A DNA stretch of 64,000 bases from Anaeromyxobacteraceae bacterium (GTDB lineage Bacteria > Myxococcota > Myxococcia > Myxococcales > Anaeromyxobacteraceae), in the NCBI GenBank assembly GCA_047602405.1, contig JASGHJ010000002.1, forward strand, positions 3,552,001-3,616,000, given 5' to 3'. Both the position numbers and the translations under genes were made by a program. How positions within the stretch are numbered: position 1 is the stretch's first letter; the number at the start of each line of letters is the position of its first letter. Positions 31,197 to 41,307 of this stretch are shown here, piece after piece. The notes under the pieces are model-generated. The model saw only the letters and a program-made list of their open reading frames with translations, ran no database searches and had not been told where the DNA came from.

Positions 31197-32381
31197 TCAG
31201 CCCGCCGGCACCGTCGCCGGCGCGGTGACCGTCCCGTCGTCGGACACCTCCACCGCGGTCGCGCCGAAGTCCGCCCTCGAGAGGTCGCGCACGGCGCGGA
31301 TCACCTCGCCGGTGGGGTCGAGCCTCGGGCCGCCCGGGCGCTCCTGGCGGCCGGGGTGGATCGTGGCGCCGAGGAACCGGCCGTCCTTCGCGAGGCGCAC
31401 CTCGAGCACGAGCGTGAGGCCGTTCGGGCCGGTGAGGTTCATGCCGCCGTAGGTGCAGAAGTTCCCGAGGGAGTAGGCGACGAGGCGGCCGTCGACGACC
31501 TCCATGCCGCGCACGACGTGCGGACCGTGGCCGATCACGAGGTCGGCGCCGGCGGCGATGACCGTCCGGGCAAAGGCGCGGAGGTCGCCGCGGTCCTCGC
31601 CGAGGAACTCCTCCTTGCCGGGGGGCACGTGCTGGTAGCCGGCGCCCTCGGCGCCGCCGTGCATCGACACGATGACGACGTCGGCCGTCGCGGCGGCCTC
31701 CTTCACGATGCGCTCCGCCTCGGGGAGATCGCGCAGATCGTTCTGGCCGCCGGAGGTCGAGAACGCGACGAGCGCGACCCGCCTGCCGCGGAGGTCGAAG
31801 CGCGCGACCTCGCCGGGCGCGCCGGAGTAGCGGATGCCCCTCGTGTCGAGCGCGGCGCGGGTGGAGGCGCGGCCGGCCTCGCCGAAGTCGGAGGCGTGGT
31901 TGTTCGCGAGCGAGACCACGTTCACGCCGGCCTCGGTGAGGTTCGCGACGAAGCGCGGCGGGGTCCGGAAGGCGTAGCAGCGGCCGGGCTTCGACTTCGC
32001 GCACTTCTCGGAGGTGCCGCCGTCGACGAGCGGGCCCTCGAGGTTCACGAAGGCGACGTCGGCGGCGTGGAAGAGGGGCGCGACCTCGGCGAGGAGCGCG
32101 GCGCCGTCGTCGGGCGGGAGCCCCCCGCCGGTCTCGTCCGGGAAGGTGGTGCCCATCATCACGTCGCCGCCGGCGGCGATGACGAGCGGGAGGTCGGGCG
32201 CGGGCGGGAGCGGCGCGGCGGGCTCCGGCGAGGAGGCCTGCGCCGGCGCCGCGGCGGCGGCGGGGATTGGGGCGGCGGCGGGTGCCGCGACCGCGGACGG
32301 AGCGGGGCCGGGCGCGGGCCGGCCGGCGTGCGCGCACGCGACGAGCGCGAGCGCGACGGGCGCGAGGAGACGAGCCTTCAT
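31197..32381 (-). CDS. CapA family (poly-gamma-glutamate synthesis-like metallophosphoesterase) lipoprotein
   Basis: LVAC lipobox, GDVMMG, NLEG, SLANNH, HGGAE, GHGPHV, YSLGNF. Confidence 0.9.
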   Translation of the reverse strand: MKARLLAPVALALVACAHAGRPAPGPAPSAVAAPAAAPIPAAAAAPAQASSPEPAAPLPPAPDLPLVIAAGGDVMMGTTFPDETGGGLPPDDGAALLAEVAPLFHAADVAFVNLEGPLVDGGTSEKCAKSKPGRCYAFRTPPRFVANLTEAGVNVVSLANNHASDFGEAGRASTRAALDTRGIRYSGAPGEVARFDLRGRRVALVAFSTSGGQNDLRDLPEAERIVKEAAATADVVIVSMHGGAEGAGYQHVPPGKEEFLGEDRGDLRAFARTVIAAGADLVIGHGPHVVRGMEVVDGRLVAYSLGNFCTYGGMNLTGPNGLTLVLEVRLAKDGRFLGATIHPGRQERPGGPRLDPTGEVIRAVRDLSRADFGATAVEVSDDGTVTAPATVPAG

Positions 32382-32398
32382 GTCGGGGAGGATAACCG

Positions 32399-33323
32399 CT
32401 ACTCGAGGATGAACTTCCGCGGGTTCTCGGGGATCCCGTTCACGCGCACCTCGTAGTGCAGGTGCGGGCCGGTCGAGCGCCCGGTGTTGCCGACCGCGGC
32501 GACCTTCCCGCCGCGGGCCACGTGATCGCCCTGCTTCACGAAGATCTCGGACAGGTGCCCGTACCGGGTCTTCACGCCGTAGCCGTGGTCGATGACGAGG
32601 ACCTTGCCGTAGCCGCCCTCGGTGCCGGCGAACACGACCGTGCCGTCGGAGGGCGAGAAGACCGGCTGCCCGTGCGGGGTGGCGATGTCGAGCCCCTCGT
32701 GCATCTTCCGCTCGGCCGTGTACGGGTCCATGCGGGTGCCGAAGTCGGACGTGACCCAGCCGCGGGACGGCCAGATCGACGGCGTCGAGGCGAGCAGCGA
32801 GCGCTGGTCGTCGAAGTACTCCTGCAGCTCGCGCAGGCTCTGCTCCTGCCGGGACGCCTCCGACTCGAGCGAGGAGACCTTGCCGGGGAGCGCCGCGAGG
32901 CTGTTCTCGGCCGCGGGGGCCGGGCCGGGGATCGCCGCGGCCGGGTCGCCCGCGCCGTTCCCGACGGGGCCGATCGCGAGGTTGCGCTCGGGATCCTGGA
33001 GCTGGGTGACCGCGGTGCGGAGCTTCGCGTCGAACCGCTCGACCCGGTCGAGGGTCGCGGAGATGTGGGCGACCTTCTCCTGGACGAGGAGGATTCTGCG
33101 AGCGGAGCTGCGCGTTCTCCTCCTTGAGGACCGAGTTCTCGGACGAGGCGGAGAGCAGCGTGAAGTAGTGCCCCACGACGAGCAGGGCGACGAAGGCCAC
33201 CCCGGCCGCGATGTAGGCGATCTGCCGGAGCGACCGGCGAGGCACGCGGAACTTGCGGACCGCCTGCGAGTGATCGCTGACGACGATCACCGTGAAGACC
33301 TGGCTCTTGGGCGGTGCGGCCAT
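32399..33323 (-). CDS. M23 family metallopeptidase with N-terminal TM and coiled coil; +1 frameshift at ~33094
   Basis: Corrected ...QLRSQILLVQEK...; PSIWP, HEGLDIA, YGH, TGPHLHYEV. Confidence 0.9.
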
Positions 33324-33557
33324 TCCGGGGGTCTGTCTCCAGGCCCCAGCGCACGGGGCCGCCTGAAAGCTAGCGCGCGGTGCCGGGGTCGTGAACGCTC
33401 GTCCCGGGATTCGGGGACGAGAACCGTTCAACCGGTAGCAGGGCTGCCAGGCGCCTGTCAACAATGGTCTTTCCACACAGGCACTTACGCGATACCGCGT
33501 CGCCTACAGGACCTTCGGTCCGCGCGGGCCCGCGAGCGCGAGTCCGGCCGCCCGGCC

Positions 33558-34382
33558 TCAGCCCGGGGGCGCCATCCCGGGGGAGGTCCCGCCCACCTTC
33601 GGCGGAGTCTCCCGCACCTTCACGATCACGACGGAGATGTTGTCGTCCCCGCCGCGCTCGTTCGCGAGGTCCACGAGGTGGCCCGGCGCGTCCTCGAGGC
33701 CGTCCTTCTCGACGATGTCGAGGATCTCGGGGTCCTCGACCAGGTTCGAGAGGCCGTCGCAGCAGATCACGAGGGCGTCGCCGTCGGCGAGGTCGAGGCC
33801 GAGGAGGTCGACCTGCACCTCCTCCTCGAAGCCGACCGAGCGGGTGATGATGTTCCGGAACCGGCTCTTCTTGGCCTCGTCGGCGCTGATGGCGCCCGCC
33901 TTCAGCTGCTCGTTGACGAGGGAGTGGTCCTCGGAGACCTGATAGATGCGCTTCTCGCGGATGAGGTAGCAGCGGCTGTCGCCCACGTGGGCGACGAAGG
34001 CGCAGCGGCCGTCGACGGCGGCCGCGGTGACGGTCGTGCCCATCCCCGCGAGCTCGGGGTCGCCCTTCGCCGCGGCGAAGATGACCCGGCAGGCCTCCTC
34101 GACCGCGCCGCGGAGGACCTCCGGCAGCGGGCTGTCCTCGATGGTGTGCTTGCCGTCGAAGAGCTCGGGCTTCTTCGCGCGGGCCTCGGCGAGCGCCTTC
34201 TGGATCGTCTCGACCGCCAGGCGGGAGGCCGTGCCGCCGCCCGCGTGGCCGCCCATGCCGTCGGCCACGACGTACAGGCGCAAGGCGTCGTCGACGAGGA
34301 GGGAGTCCTCGTTGTGGTCGCGCCGCTGGCCGACGTCCGTCTGGCCGCGTGCGCGGATCTCGAGCTCGGGCGAGTCCGCCAC
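33558..34382 (-). CDS. PP2C-type Ser/Thr phosphatase (Stp1/PrpC-like)
   Basis: DVGQRRDHNED, VADGMGGH, HVGDSR, CDGL, GGDDNI. Confidence 0.95.
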   Translation of the reverse strand: MADSPELEIRARGQTDVGQRRDHNEDSLLVDDALRLYVVADGMGGHAGGGTASRLAVETIQKALAEARAKKPELFDGKHTIEDSPLPEVLRGAVEEACRVIFAAAKGDPELAGMGTTVTAAAVDGRCAFVAHVGDSRCYLIREKRIYQVSEDHSLVNEQLKAGAISADEAKKSRFRNIITRSVGFEEEVQVDLLGLDLADGDALVICCDGLSNLVEDPEILDIVEKDGLEDAPGHLVDLANERGGDDNISVVIVKVRETPPKVGGTSPGMAPPG

Positions 34383-34415
34383 GCGCGGGAGACTAGCATC
34401 GGAGGCTCCTGCCGC

Positions 34416-36398
34416 CTACCCCGCGTCCGCTCCCACATCCACCTCACGTGACCCGCGCTCCGTTTTTGACGGCAGGGGGGGCACGGAACGGGCCGCCGAC
34501 CGCGGTCCCACCCTCCGTCCGCGCGCCGGGCCGGATCGGGAGGTGCCGCCGGTCGACGCCGGCGGCTTGCGGGCCTCGGCGATGAGCGCCCCGGCGTGCT
34601 CGAGCGCCGAACCGGTGATGGTGGAGCCGGCGAGGAGCCGGGCCACCTCCCCCCGGCGCTCCTCCTCACCCTCGAGGAGCGAGACGACCGTGTGCGTCCG
34701 GCCGCCGGACACCTTCTTCTCCACCCGGTGGTGGCGGTCCGCGAAGGCGGCCACCTGCGGGAGGTGCGTGATGCAGACCACCTGCCCGTCGCGGGCGACC
34801 TCGGCGAGGACCCGGCCCATGGCCTCGGCCACGGCGCCGCCGATGCCGGTGTCCACCTCGTCGAAGACGTGGGTGGCCGCCGGGCCCCGGCGGGCGAGGG
34901 TCCGCTTCACGGCGAGGAGGAGCCGGGAGAGCTCGCCGCCGGACGCGATGCGCGCGAGCGGCCGCGGGGGCTCGCCCGGGTTCGGGGCGATGAGGAGCTC
35001 GGCGCGCTCCGCGCCGCGCGGGCCCAGCCGGCGCGCCTGGCTCGAGCCCGCGGCGGTCGTGCCGGGCAGCTCGAGGCCGTCCTCCGGCGGCAGGAGCGCC
35101 ACCTCGAGCCGACAGCGCTCCATCGCGAGCCCGGCGAGCTCCCGGCGGACGCCGTCCGCGAAGGCCTTCGCCGCCTTCTGCCGGCGGCCCGTGAGCTCGG
35201 CGGCGATCGCGAGGGCGGACTTCCACGCGGCCTCGATCTCACCCGCGAGCGCGCGCAGCCGCTCGCCACCGCCGGACACGCGGGCGAGCTCCTCGCGCAT
35301 CTGGGCGCGGCGCGCGATGGCGGCCTCCAGCGTGCCGCCGTGCTTGCGGACGAGCGCGCGCAGGACGTCGAGCCGCTCTTCCACCTCGCGCAGCCGCTCG
35401 GGGTCGCCGCCGAGCGCGTGCGCGTACCGGCCGAGCTCGCGGCCGGCCTCCTCGAGCTCCACCGCGGCCGAGCGGAGCAGCGCGAGCGGCGCCTCGAGCC
35501 GGCGGTCGAGCAGCGCGGCCTCGGCGAGCGCGCGCGCGGCCTGCCCGACCCGCACCGACGCCGAGCCGTCCTCGCCGTACACGAGCGCCTCCGCGGCGCG
35601 GGCGGCCTCGCGCAGCTTCTCGGCCGAGGCGAGCACGCGCCGCTGGTCCTCCTGCGCCTCGAGCTCGCCCGGCTTCGGATCGGCGGCGTCGAGTTCCTTC
35701 AGCTGGAAGGCGAGGTAGTCGGACCGCCGCGCCCGCTCACCCTCGTCCGCGGCGAGCGAGTCCCGCTCGCGGACGAGGGCGGCGAGCGCCGCGTGGGCGG
35801 CGCGCATCCGGAGGAGGAGCTCCGGGGGCGCGTCGCCCGGTCCAGCCTCCGCACCCTGGCTGACGGTGGCGGGCAGGGCGGGAGCGGAGGACGGACCGTC
35901 CGTGTGAAGGTCAAGCGTGTGAAGGTGAAGCCCTGCGAAGGCGTCGAGGAGCTCGAGGTGCGTCACGGGATCGAGGAGCGACACGTGCTCGTGCTGCCCG
36001 GAGATGTCGACGAGCCCGCGCAGCGCGGTCTCGAGCATGCCGACGGTGCAGAGCGCACCGTTCACGAAGGCGCGCCCGCGGCCGCCGCGGGCGGCGACGC
36101 GGCGGACGAGAAGCTCGACCGTCTCCTGGCGACCCGGCAGCTCGGGCAGCACCGCCCCGAGCTTCTCCAGCACCGGGTGGCCCGCGGGCAGCTCGAAGAG
36201 CGCCTCGACCACGGCCTCCTCCGCGCCCTCGCGCAGCACCTCCGCGCTCATGCGCCCACCCAGCACGAGGTGCAGCGCGTTCACCAGGATCGACTTCCCC
36301 GCCCCCGTCTCGCCGGTGAGGACGTTCAGCCCGGGCCCGAACCGGACCTCCACCGCGTCGACGATGGCGAACCCCGAGATTCGCAGTGTCGTCAGCAT
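34416..36398 (-). CDS. recN: DNA repair protein RecN
   Basis: TGETGAGKS, GQHEH, ASGGELSR, FDEVDTGIGG, ITHLPQVA. Confidence 0.95.
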   Translation of the reverse strand: MLTTLRISGFAIVDAVEVRFGPGLNVLTGETGAGKSILVNALHLVLGGRMSAEVLREGAEEAVVEALFELPAGHPVLEKLGAVLPELPGRQETVELLVRRVAARGGRGRAFVNGALCTVGMLETALRGLVDISGQHEHVSLLDPVTHLELLDAFAGLHLHTLDLHTDGPSSAPALPATVSQGAEAGPGDAPPELLLRMRAAHAALAALVRERDSLAADEGERARRSDYLAFQLKELDAADPKPGELEAQEDQRRVLASAEKLREAARAAEALVYGEDGSASVRVGQAARALAEAALLDRRLEAPLALLRSAAVELEEAGRELGRYAHALGGDPERLREVEERLDVLRALVRKHGGTLEAAIARRAQMREELARVSGGGERLRALAGEIEAAWKSALAIAAELTGRRQKAAKAFADGVRRELAGLAMERCRLEVALLPPEDGLELPGTTAAGSSQARRLGPRGAERAELLIAPNPGEPPRPLARIASGGELSRLLLAVKRTLARRGPAATHVFDEVDTGIGGAVAEAMGRVLAEVARDGQVVCITHLPQVAAFADRHHRVEKKVSGGRTHTVVSLLEGEEERRGEVARLLAGSTITGSALEHAGALIAEARKPPASTGGTSRSGPARGRRVGPRSAARSVPPLPSKTERGSREVDVGADAG

Positions 36399-36424
36399 GA
36401 GGCCGATCTAGCCCCGACCTCTGA

Positions 36425-36444
36425 CACTGGGCAAATTTTCAGTG
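36425..36444 (-). promoter_or_regulatory. Putative LexA box overlapping the recN -35 region
   Basis: CTGAAAATTTGCCCAG (36442-36427), 14/16 match to CTRHAMRYBYGTTCAG; contains TTGCCC, with TAGATC 6 nt before the ATG. Confidence 0.6.
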
Positions 36445-36488
36445 GTGCATCCGTTCGGGGTGGCCTCCCTCGACGGGCGAGGCTGTAC

Positions 36489-37571
36489 CTACAGCCCCTC
36501 CCGCTCCCCGAAGCGCCAGAGCACGATCCGCCCGTCGGCGCTCGCGGTCGCGAGCCGGCGCCCGTCGGGAGAGAAGGCCACCCCGCGCACGTCGTCCCGG
36601 TTCGCGGAGAGGATCGCGCCGAGCTTCCCGTCGGAGGCCCGCCAGACCCGCACGTTCTTGCCCCGGCCCGGGGACCGCCGCGCGCCGAGGAGCGCGCGCG
36701 CGGCGCTGCCGAGCGCCGTGCGGTCCCGTCCGCCCGCGGCGAGCCAGCGGCCGTCGGGCGACGCCGCGAGCGCGTACACCGGCTCGGCCCCGCCGTGCGC
36801 CGCGCCCATGGGCGTGCCGTCCGCCACGGCGAAGCGCCGCACCGTCGCGTCGTCGCCGCCCGTCGCGAGCGAGCCGCCGTCCGGGAAGAACGCGAGCGCC
36901 GCCACGGCCTGGCCGGCTGCGGGGATGGTGCGCACGAGCGTCGCGTCCCTCAGGCGCCAGAGCTTCACGTCGCCGTCGAGGCTCCCGCTCGCCAGCAGCA
37001 GCCCGTCCGGCGAGAACGCGAGCGCGTCGACCCGCCGCCCGTGGCTGCGGAGCGTGGCCGCCGCGGCGCCGTCGGCGGTGCGCCAGATCCGGATGACGCC
37101 GTCCTCGCCCCCGGTCGCGAGCCACCGCCCGTCCGGCGAGGCCGCCACCGCGTCGACGCCGCCCTCGTGGCCGCGCAGCACCGCCGTGAGGGTCCGGTCC
37201 TCGAGCCGCCAGCGGCGCGCGCCGCCGTCGCGATCGCCGGTCACGAGCGTGCGCCCGTCCGGCGAGAACGCGAGCGCGAGCACCGGCCCCGGGTGCTCGA
37301 GCGCGCCGACGTCGAGGCCGGTGTCGGCGTCCCAGAGCCGCGCCACGCCGTCGGCGCCGGCGCTCGCGAGCGTGCGGCCGTCGGGCGAGAAGGCGATCGC
37401 GTTGACGCCGCCGGCGCCCGCCTCGACCGCGCGCTCGGCGAGCACCTCGAGCCGCGCGTCGTAGGCGATCTGGGGGTCCTCGCCGTGCATCGCGAGGAAG
37501 GTCAGGAACGCGAGGACCGAGAGCGCGGCCGCGGCGAGCACGCCGAGGAAGGTCCACTGGGCCCGGTTCAT
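36489..37571 (-). CDS. WD40-repeat protein with N-terminal TM anchor
   Basis: About seven AFSPDG..LA(S/T)G..D..W repeats. Confidence 0.9.
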   Translation of the reverse strand: MNRAQWTFLGVLAAAALSVLAFLTFLAMHGEDPQIAYDARLEVLAERAVEAGAGGVNAIAFSPDGRTLASAGADGVARLWDADTGLDVGALEHPGPVLALAFSPDGRTLVTGDRDGGARRWRLEDRTLTAVLRGHEGGVDAVAASPDGRWLATGGEDGVIRIWRTADGAAAATLRSHGRRVDALAFSPDGLLLASGSLDGDVKLWRLRDATLVRTIPAAGQAVAALAFFPDGGSLATGGDDATVRRFAVADGTPMGAAHGGAEPVYALAASPDGRWLAAGGRDRTALGSAARALLGARRSPGRGKNVRVWRASDGKLGAILSANRDDVRGVAFSPDGRRLATASADGRIVLWRFGEREGL

Positions 37572-37647
37572 GAGCACGCCGGCATGGTGCACCGGGGGGC
37601 GGCGTGAAAGCCAGCGCGCCACCTCGCAGCCTTGGCCGCCTCGACGC

Positions 37648-38865
37648 TCAGCGCCGCAGGTGCGTGCGCAGCACCTCGGGCGGGACCGGGACCTCGAGCG
37701 CGTCGGGCCCGTCCGGCGGGCCGTCGGGGCCGGGCGCGGGGCGCAGCGCCGCCGCGACGCGGTCGAGCGCGGCGTCGGCCGCGGCGCTGCCGGTGGTGCC
37801 GGCGCGCGACACGGCGGGCGGCGCACCGGGCGCGAAGCCGATCCTCAGGTGCACCGCCTGGCGCGGGAGATCGGCCTCGGCGAGCCGCACCCCGACCCGG
37901 AACCGGAGCGTGACCTCGCGGGCCAGCGCCTGCGCGCGCTCCTCCCGCGGCGAGCCGGGCTCGCGGTCGACGAGCGCGGCCTCCCCGGCGAGCCCCTCGT
38001 CGAGCGCGACGCACTCGAAGGCCTCCCCGGCGAGCTCCTCGCGCCGGGCCCGGTGCCAGCGCTCCCGCCACGCCGCGCGCCCCGCGGCGTCGGCGGCGAG
38101 GCGCCGCTCCAGCCCGAGCCGCGCGAGCACGAGGGTGGCCTCGCTGAAGCCGCTCGTCACCGGCGTGGTCTGCGCCGACATGATGGAGGCGACCGCGCAC
38201 TCGTGGACGGCGCCGAGCGTGTGCCCGAGCTCGTGGAGGAAGGCGACGTCCTCGAGGTGCTCCCGGGCCGCGGCCCGCACCGCCTCGCGCTCGGCGGTGG
38301 TCAGCTGGTCGAGCGCGACGTTCACCGCCTGCACGTCCTCGGCGTCCTCCGGGGCGGTCACGAGCATGTGGCGGGAGAAGAGCGGCGCGAGGCCGGTCGG
38401 GTCGAGGAAGCCGCCGCTCCGCTGCCGGCCGACGTACCCGATCACCCAGTCCGCGCCGTCCCCGGGATCGTCGAGCACGAGCTCGTCGACCGCGGCCCGG
38501 AGCCCGGCCTTGAGCGCGACCCGCTCCCACGGCTCGATCGAGGCGAGCTCGAGCCGCACGCCGAGGTCGGGGCCGAGGAGCGCGTTCACCCGCTCGAGCT
38601 GCGCCGGGATCCGCTCGCGCCAGGCCTTCACCTGGGCGCGGTAGTCGGCGTCCACGTGCACGCGGACCCGGTACGCCCGCGCGGGCGCGCCGGGGGCGCT
38701 CCGGGCGCGCAGCCCGGCCGGGCGCGTCGCCTCCACGGCCTCGCGCTGGCGCGAGGTGCGGCTCCAGGAGCAGCCCGCGGCGAGCGCGAGGACCGTGCTC
38801 CCCGCGAGCGCGGAGGCGGTGCTCCCGGCGAGGAGGAGCGCGGCGGCGAGGCGCCTCGGGGCCAT
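37648..38865 (-). CDS. Putative zinc metalloprotease (metzincin motif) lipoprotein
   Basis: HELGHTLGAVH (HExxHxxGxxH) followed by SIMS Met-turn; AAGC lipobox. Confidence 0.7.
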   Translation of the reverse strand: MAPRRLAAALLLAGSTASALAGSTVLALAAGCSWSRTSRQREAVEATRPAGLRARSAPGAPARAYRVRVHVDADYRAQVKAWRERIPAQLERVNALLGPDLGVRLELASIEPWERVALKAGLRAAVDELVLDDPGDGADWVIGYVGRQRSGGFLDPTGLAPLFSRHMLVTAPEDAEDVQAVNVALDQLTTAEREAVRAAAREHLEDVAFLHELGHTLGAVHECAVASIMSAQTTPVTSGFSEATLVLARLGLERRLAADAAGRAAWRERWHRARREELAGEAFECVALDEGLAGEAALVDREPGSPREERAQALAREVTLRFRVGVRLAEADLPRQAVHLRIGFAPGAPPAVSRAGTTGSAAADAALDRVAAALRPAPGPDGPPDGPDALEVPVPPEVLRTHLRR

Positions 38866-38939
38866 GAGCGTCCATGGACGCCCGGAGCGCACCCGGCGTC
38901 AAGCCCCTCCCGGCCGGGCCGGCCGTGCGCCCGGCCGGA

Positions 38940-40499
38940 TCACACCCCGTACTTCTCGCGGAGCCGCCGCGAGGCCGCGACGGCCTGGGCGAGCTTCGCG
39001 GTGGCGAGCCGCGCGGAGGCGATGGGGTTGTCGGCGAAGGTGGCGAACCCGCAGTCGGGGTTGAGGAGCACGCGCTCCGGGCCGAGCACCCGGATGGCGC
39101 GCTCGGCACGCTCCACGATCACCTCGGCGGGCTCGACCTCCTCCTTCTTCTGGTTCACGACGCCCACGCCGACCCGCACCTCGCGCGGCAGCCCGGCGAG
39201 GACCTCGACGTCGCCCGCGCGCGGCGTCGCGAGCTCGAGGAAGAGCGTGCCCACCGGCGCGCGCGACAGGAGTCCGAGGAGCGGCCGGTAGTCGCCCGAG
39301 AGCGCGACCGACTCGTCGGGCGTCCAGTTGCCGCGGCACATGTGGAGCGCGAGCCGCTCCCGCGGGAAGCCGGCCGCGACCTCCGCCAGGAGCCCCTCCG
39401 CGAACGCGAGCTCGACGTCCGCGTCGCCCTTCGCGTCGAGCACGCCGCACATGAAGGTGCGGTTGCCGGTGACGCTGCCGCCGAAGACCACCTCGGAGAG
39501 GATGGGCTCGTCGAGCTGCACGAGGGCCGCGCCGCCGGCGAGGAGGTCCTGGATCTCCTCGCGGAGCACGCGGACGAGGTCCTTCGCGAGCGCCGCGCGG
39601 TCCGCGTAGAAGCGGTCGGAGATGCACTCCATCCACATGGTGCGCGCGAGGAGGTAGGGGCCGGGGAGCGCGACCTTCACCGGGCGGTCGGTCTCGGTCC
39701 GGACGAAGGCGAGCTCGTGGGCGGCGAGCGGGCGGGCGCGGCGGAGCGGGCCCATCACCGCCGGGTGGCGGACCTTCGCGGCGGGGACGTCGAGGCTCCT
39801 GAGCTCCCGCTCGAACTCGACCGGATCGTCGACGTAGGCGAGGAGGTCGGTGAGCGGGACGAGCTGGCAGTTCTCGAGCCGGGCGCCGACGAAGGAGGCG
39901 TAGTTGTCGCGGCGCTGCTCGCCGTCGGTGACGACGTCGACGCCGGCGTCGAGCTGGCCCTTCAGCGCGAGCCGGACGGCGTCGTCGGCGGACTCCTCGA
40001 AGGCGGGTTCGGGGAGCCTGTTCTCGAGGCGGGCGTGGAGGGCGTCGAGGAGCCAGCGCGGGCGGGGCCAGGAGCCGACGCCGAGGACGGACAGGGGACG
40101 GACGGGGGGGACGGAGCCGGAGAAGGGGACGGAGACGGAGGCGGAGACGGAGGCGGAGGCCGATCCGGATCCGACTCCGACTCCGACTCCGGATCCGACT
40201 CCGACTCCGATTCCGCCTCGGAGCCCTCCCTTCGCCACCAGGAACCTGTACCTCCCCTCCCCCCTGCTCTCCGAGACGAGCTCGTTCCCGGTCATCCGGC
40301 ACCACGCCGGGAGGTCCTCGCAGACCGACGACTCCGACGAGCGGATCTCGAGGAGCTGGCCCGGGTCGAGCGGGTCGATGTGCTGCCGGATGAGCAGGAG
40401 CAGTCCGCTCCCGCAGTCGAGCGTCCCGCCGTCGAAGCTGGCGGCGGGGCGAGCGGGGGCCTCGCCCCCGGCCAGCGGGTGCTTCGTCCCGGAGGTCAT
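38940..40499 (-). CDS. Fusion of a TusA/SirA-like domain and a cobalamin-independent methionine synthase II (MetE catalytic-like) domain
   Basis: FDGGTLDCGSG..DLPAWCRMTGN N-terminal domain; GSWPRP, TDGEQRR, QLDEP, HMCRGN, NPDCGF. Confidence 0.85.
   Translation of the reverse strand: MTSGTKHPLAGGEAPARPAASFDGGTLDCGSGLLLLIRQHIDPLDPGQLLEIRSSESSVCEDLPAWCRMTGNELVSESRGEGRYRFLVAKGGLRGGIGVGVGSGVGVGVGSGSASASVSASVSVPFSGSVPPVRPLSVLGVGSWPRPRWLLDALHARLENRLPEPAFEESADDAVRLALKGQLDAGVDVVTDGEQRRDNYASFVGARLENCQLVPLTDLLAYVDDPVEFERELRSLDVPAAKVRHPAVMGPLRRARPLAAHELAFVRTETDRPVKVALPGPYLLARTMWMECISDRFYADRAALAKDLVRVLREEIQDLLAGGAALVQLDEPILSEVVFGGSVTGNRTFMCGVLDAKGDADVELAFAEGLLAEVAAGFPRERLALHMCRGNWTPDESVALSGDYRPLLGLLSRAPVGTLFLELATPRAGDVEVLAGLPREVRVGVGVVNQKKEEVEPAEVIVERAERAIRVLGPERVLLNPDCGFATFADNPIASARLATAKLAQAVAASRRLREKYGV
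40127..40220. repeat. Hexamer repeat array encoding the interdomain linker (GVGVGSG..SASVSASV)
   Basis: (CGGAGR)n followed by (ACTCCG/GATCCG)n. Confidence 0.8.
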
Positions 40500-40511
40500 G
40501 TCGCGCGCGCC

Positions 40512-40871
40512 CTAGTACGAGATGCTGGTCGCGCCGGACGCGAGGAACTCGACCACCTTCGCGCCGCCCACGATCGTCGCCCCTTCGACGAGCTTCGCCT
40601 CGTCGAGCTTGCGCTTCTTGTAGCAGGGCGAGCAGACGAGGATCTTGCCGCCCGCCTTCGCGAAGTTGGTCATGAGCTCCACGAGCGGCGCGAAGCCCTC
40701 CTCGTGGATCTGCTCGGCGTAGCCCTTCTCGGCGAGGCGGGCGGCCTCGGTGGAGAGGAACACGACCGTCTCCTGCGCCGAGGCGACGGAGGCGTTCGCG
40801 ACCACGAAGCCGACGGTGGCCTTGTCGGGGTCGTTCTTCGCGTGGGTGATGGAGACGAGGATCTTGGCCAT
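40512..40871 (-). CDS. DsrE family protein
   Basis: DKATVGFVVA, VFLSTEA, VCSPC, IVGGA. Confidence 0.85.
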   Translation of the reverse strand: MAKILVSITHAKNDPDKATVGFVVANASVASAQETVVFLSTEAARLAEKGYAEQIHEEGFAPLVELMTNFAKAGGKILVCSPCYKKRKLDEAKLVEGATIVGGAKVVEFLASGATSISY

Positions 40872-40891
40872 GGCGACGTCCTTCCCGATGC

Positions 40892-41122
40892 TCAGGATTT
40901 CCTGCGGATGAAGTAGTGGGGTGGCTCCGCGCGGACGAGCGCGTTGCCGGTGAGGCGGCACCAGGCGGGGATGTCGTGGGGGGCGCCCGCGTCGCGGGTG
41001 GTGAGCTGGAAGACCTGCCCCGGCGCGAGGGCGCGCAGCTTCATCATGAGCTCGAAGACGAGCTCACCGCAGCCCATGTCGCCCGCGTCCCAGCTGCCCG
41101 CGGGCGTCGATTCCTCGGCCAT
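40892..41122 (-). CDS. TusA/SirA family sulfur carrier (CG-type motif)
   Basis: WDAGDMGCGELV, DAGAPHDIPAWCRLTGN, YFIRRK. Confidence 0.85.
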   Translation of the reverse strand: MAEESTPAGSWDAGDMGCGELVFELMMKLRALAPGQVFQLTTRDAGAPHDIPAWCRLTGNALVRAEPPHYFIRRKS

Positions 41123-41307
41123 CTGCCGGCTCCACCATCCGTGCGCGGGCGTTCACCCGCGCGTCCGACGACCCATCCCCGCTGCTCGTTGGGAGGCGCA
41201 CGGCCCCCCGGCCTAGCGGCCGGCGGGCTCGAGGGGGGATCGGGACTGGATGGTCTTTTCGGGCAGCACGGCGAGCATCGGCAGACAGCCTACACGAGGT
41301 CGCCGGG

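Noticed and set aside
31197..33476. Apparent M23-N-terminus/CapA fusion (759 aa)
   Set aside because: Produced by the +1 insertion at ~33094; CapA has its own start and lipobox
41213..41278. Possible leader peptide or riboswitch upstream of the tusA-like gene
   Set aside because: 21-codon ORF without regulatory codon clustering; no SAM or Moco riboswitch consensus recognised
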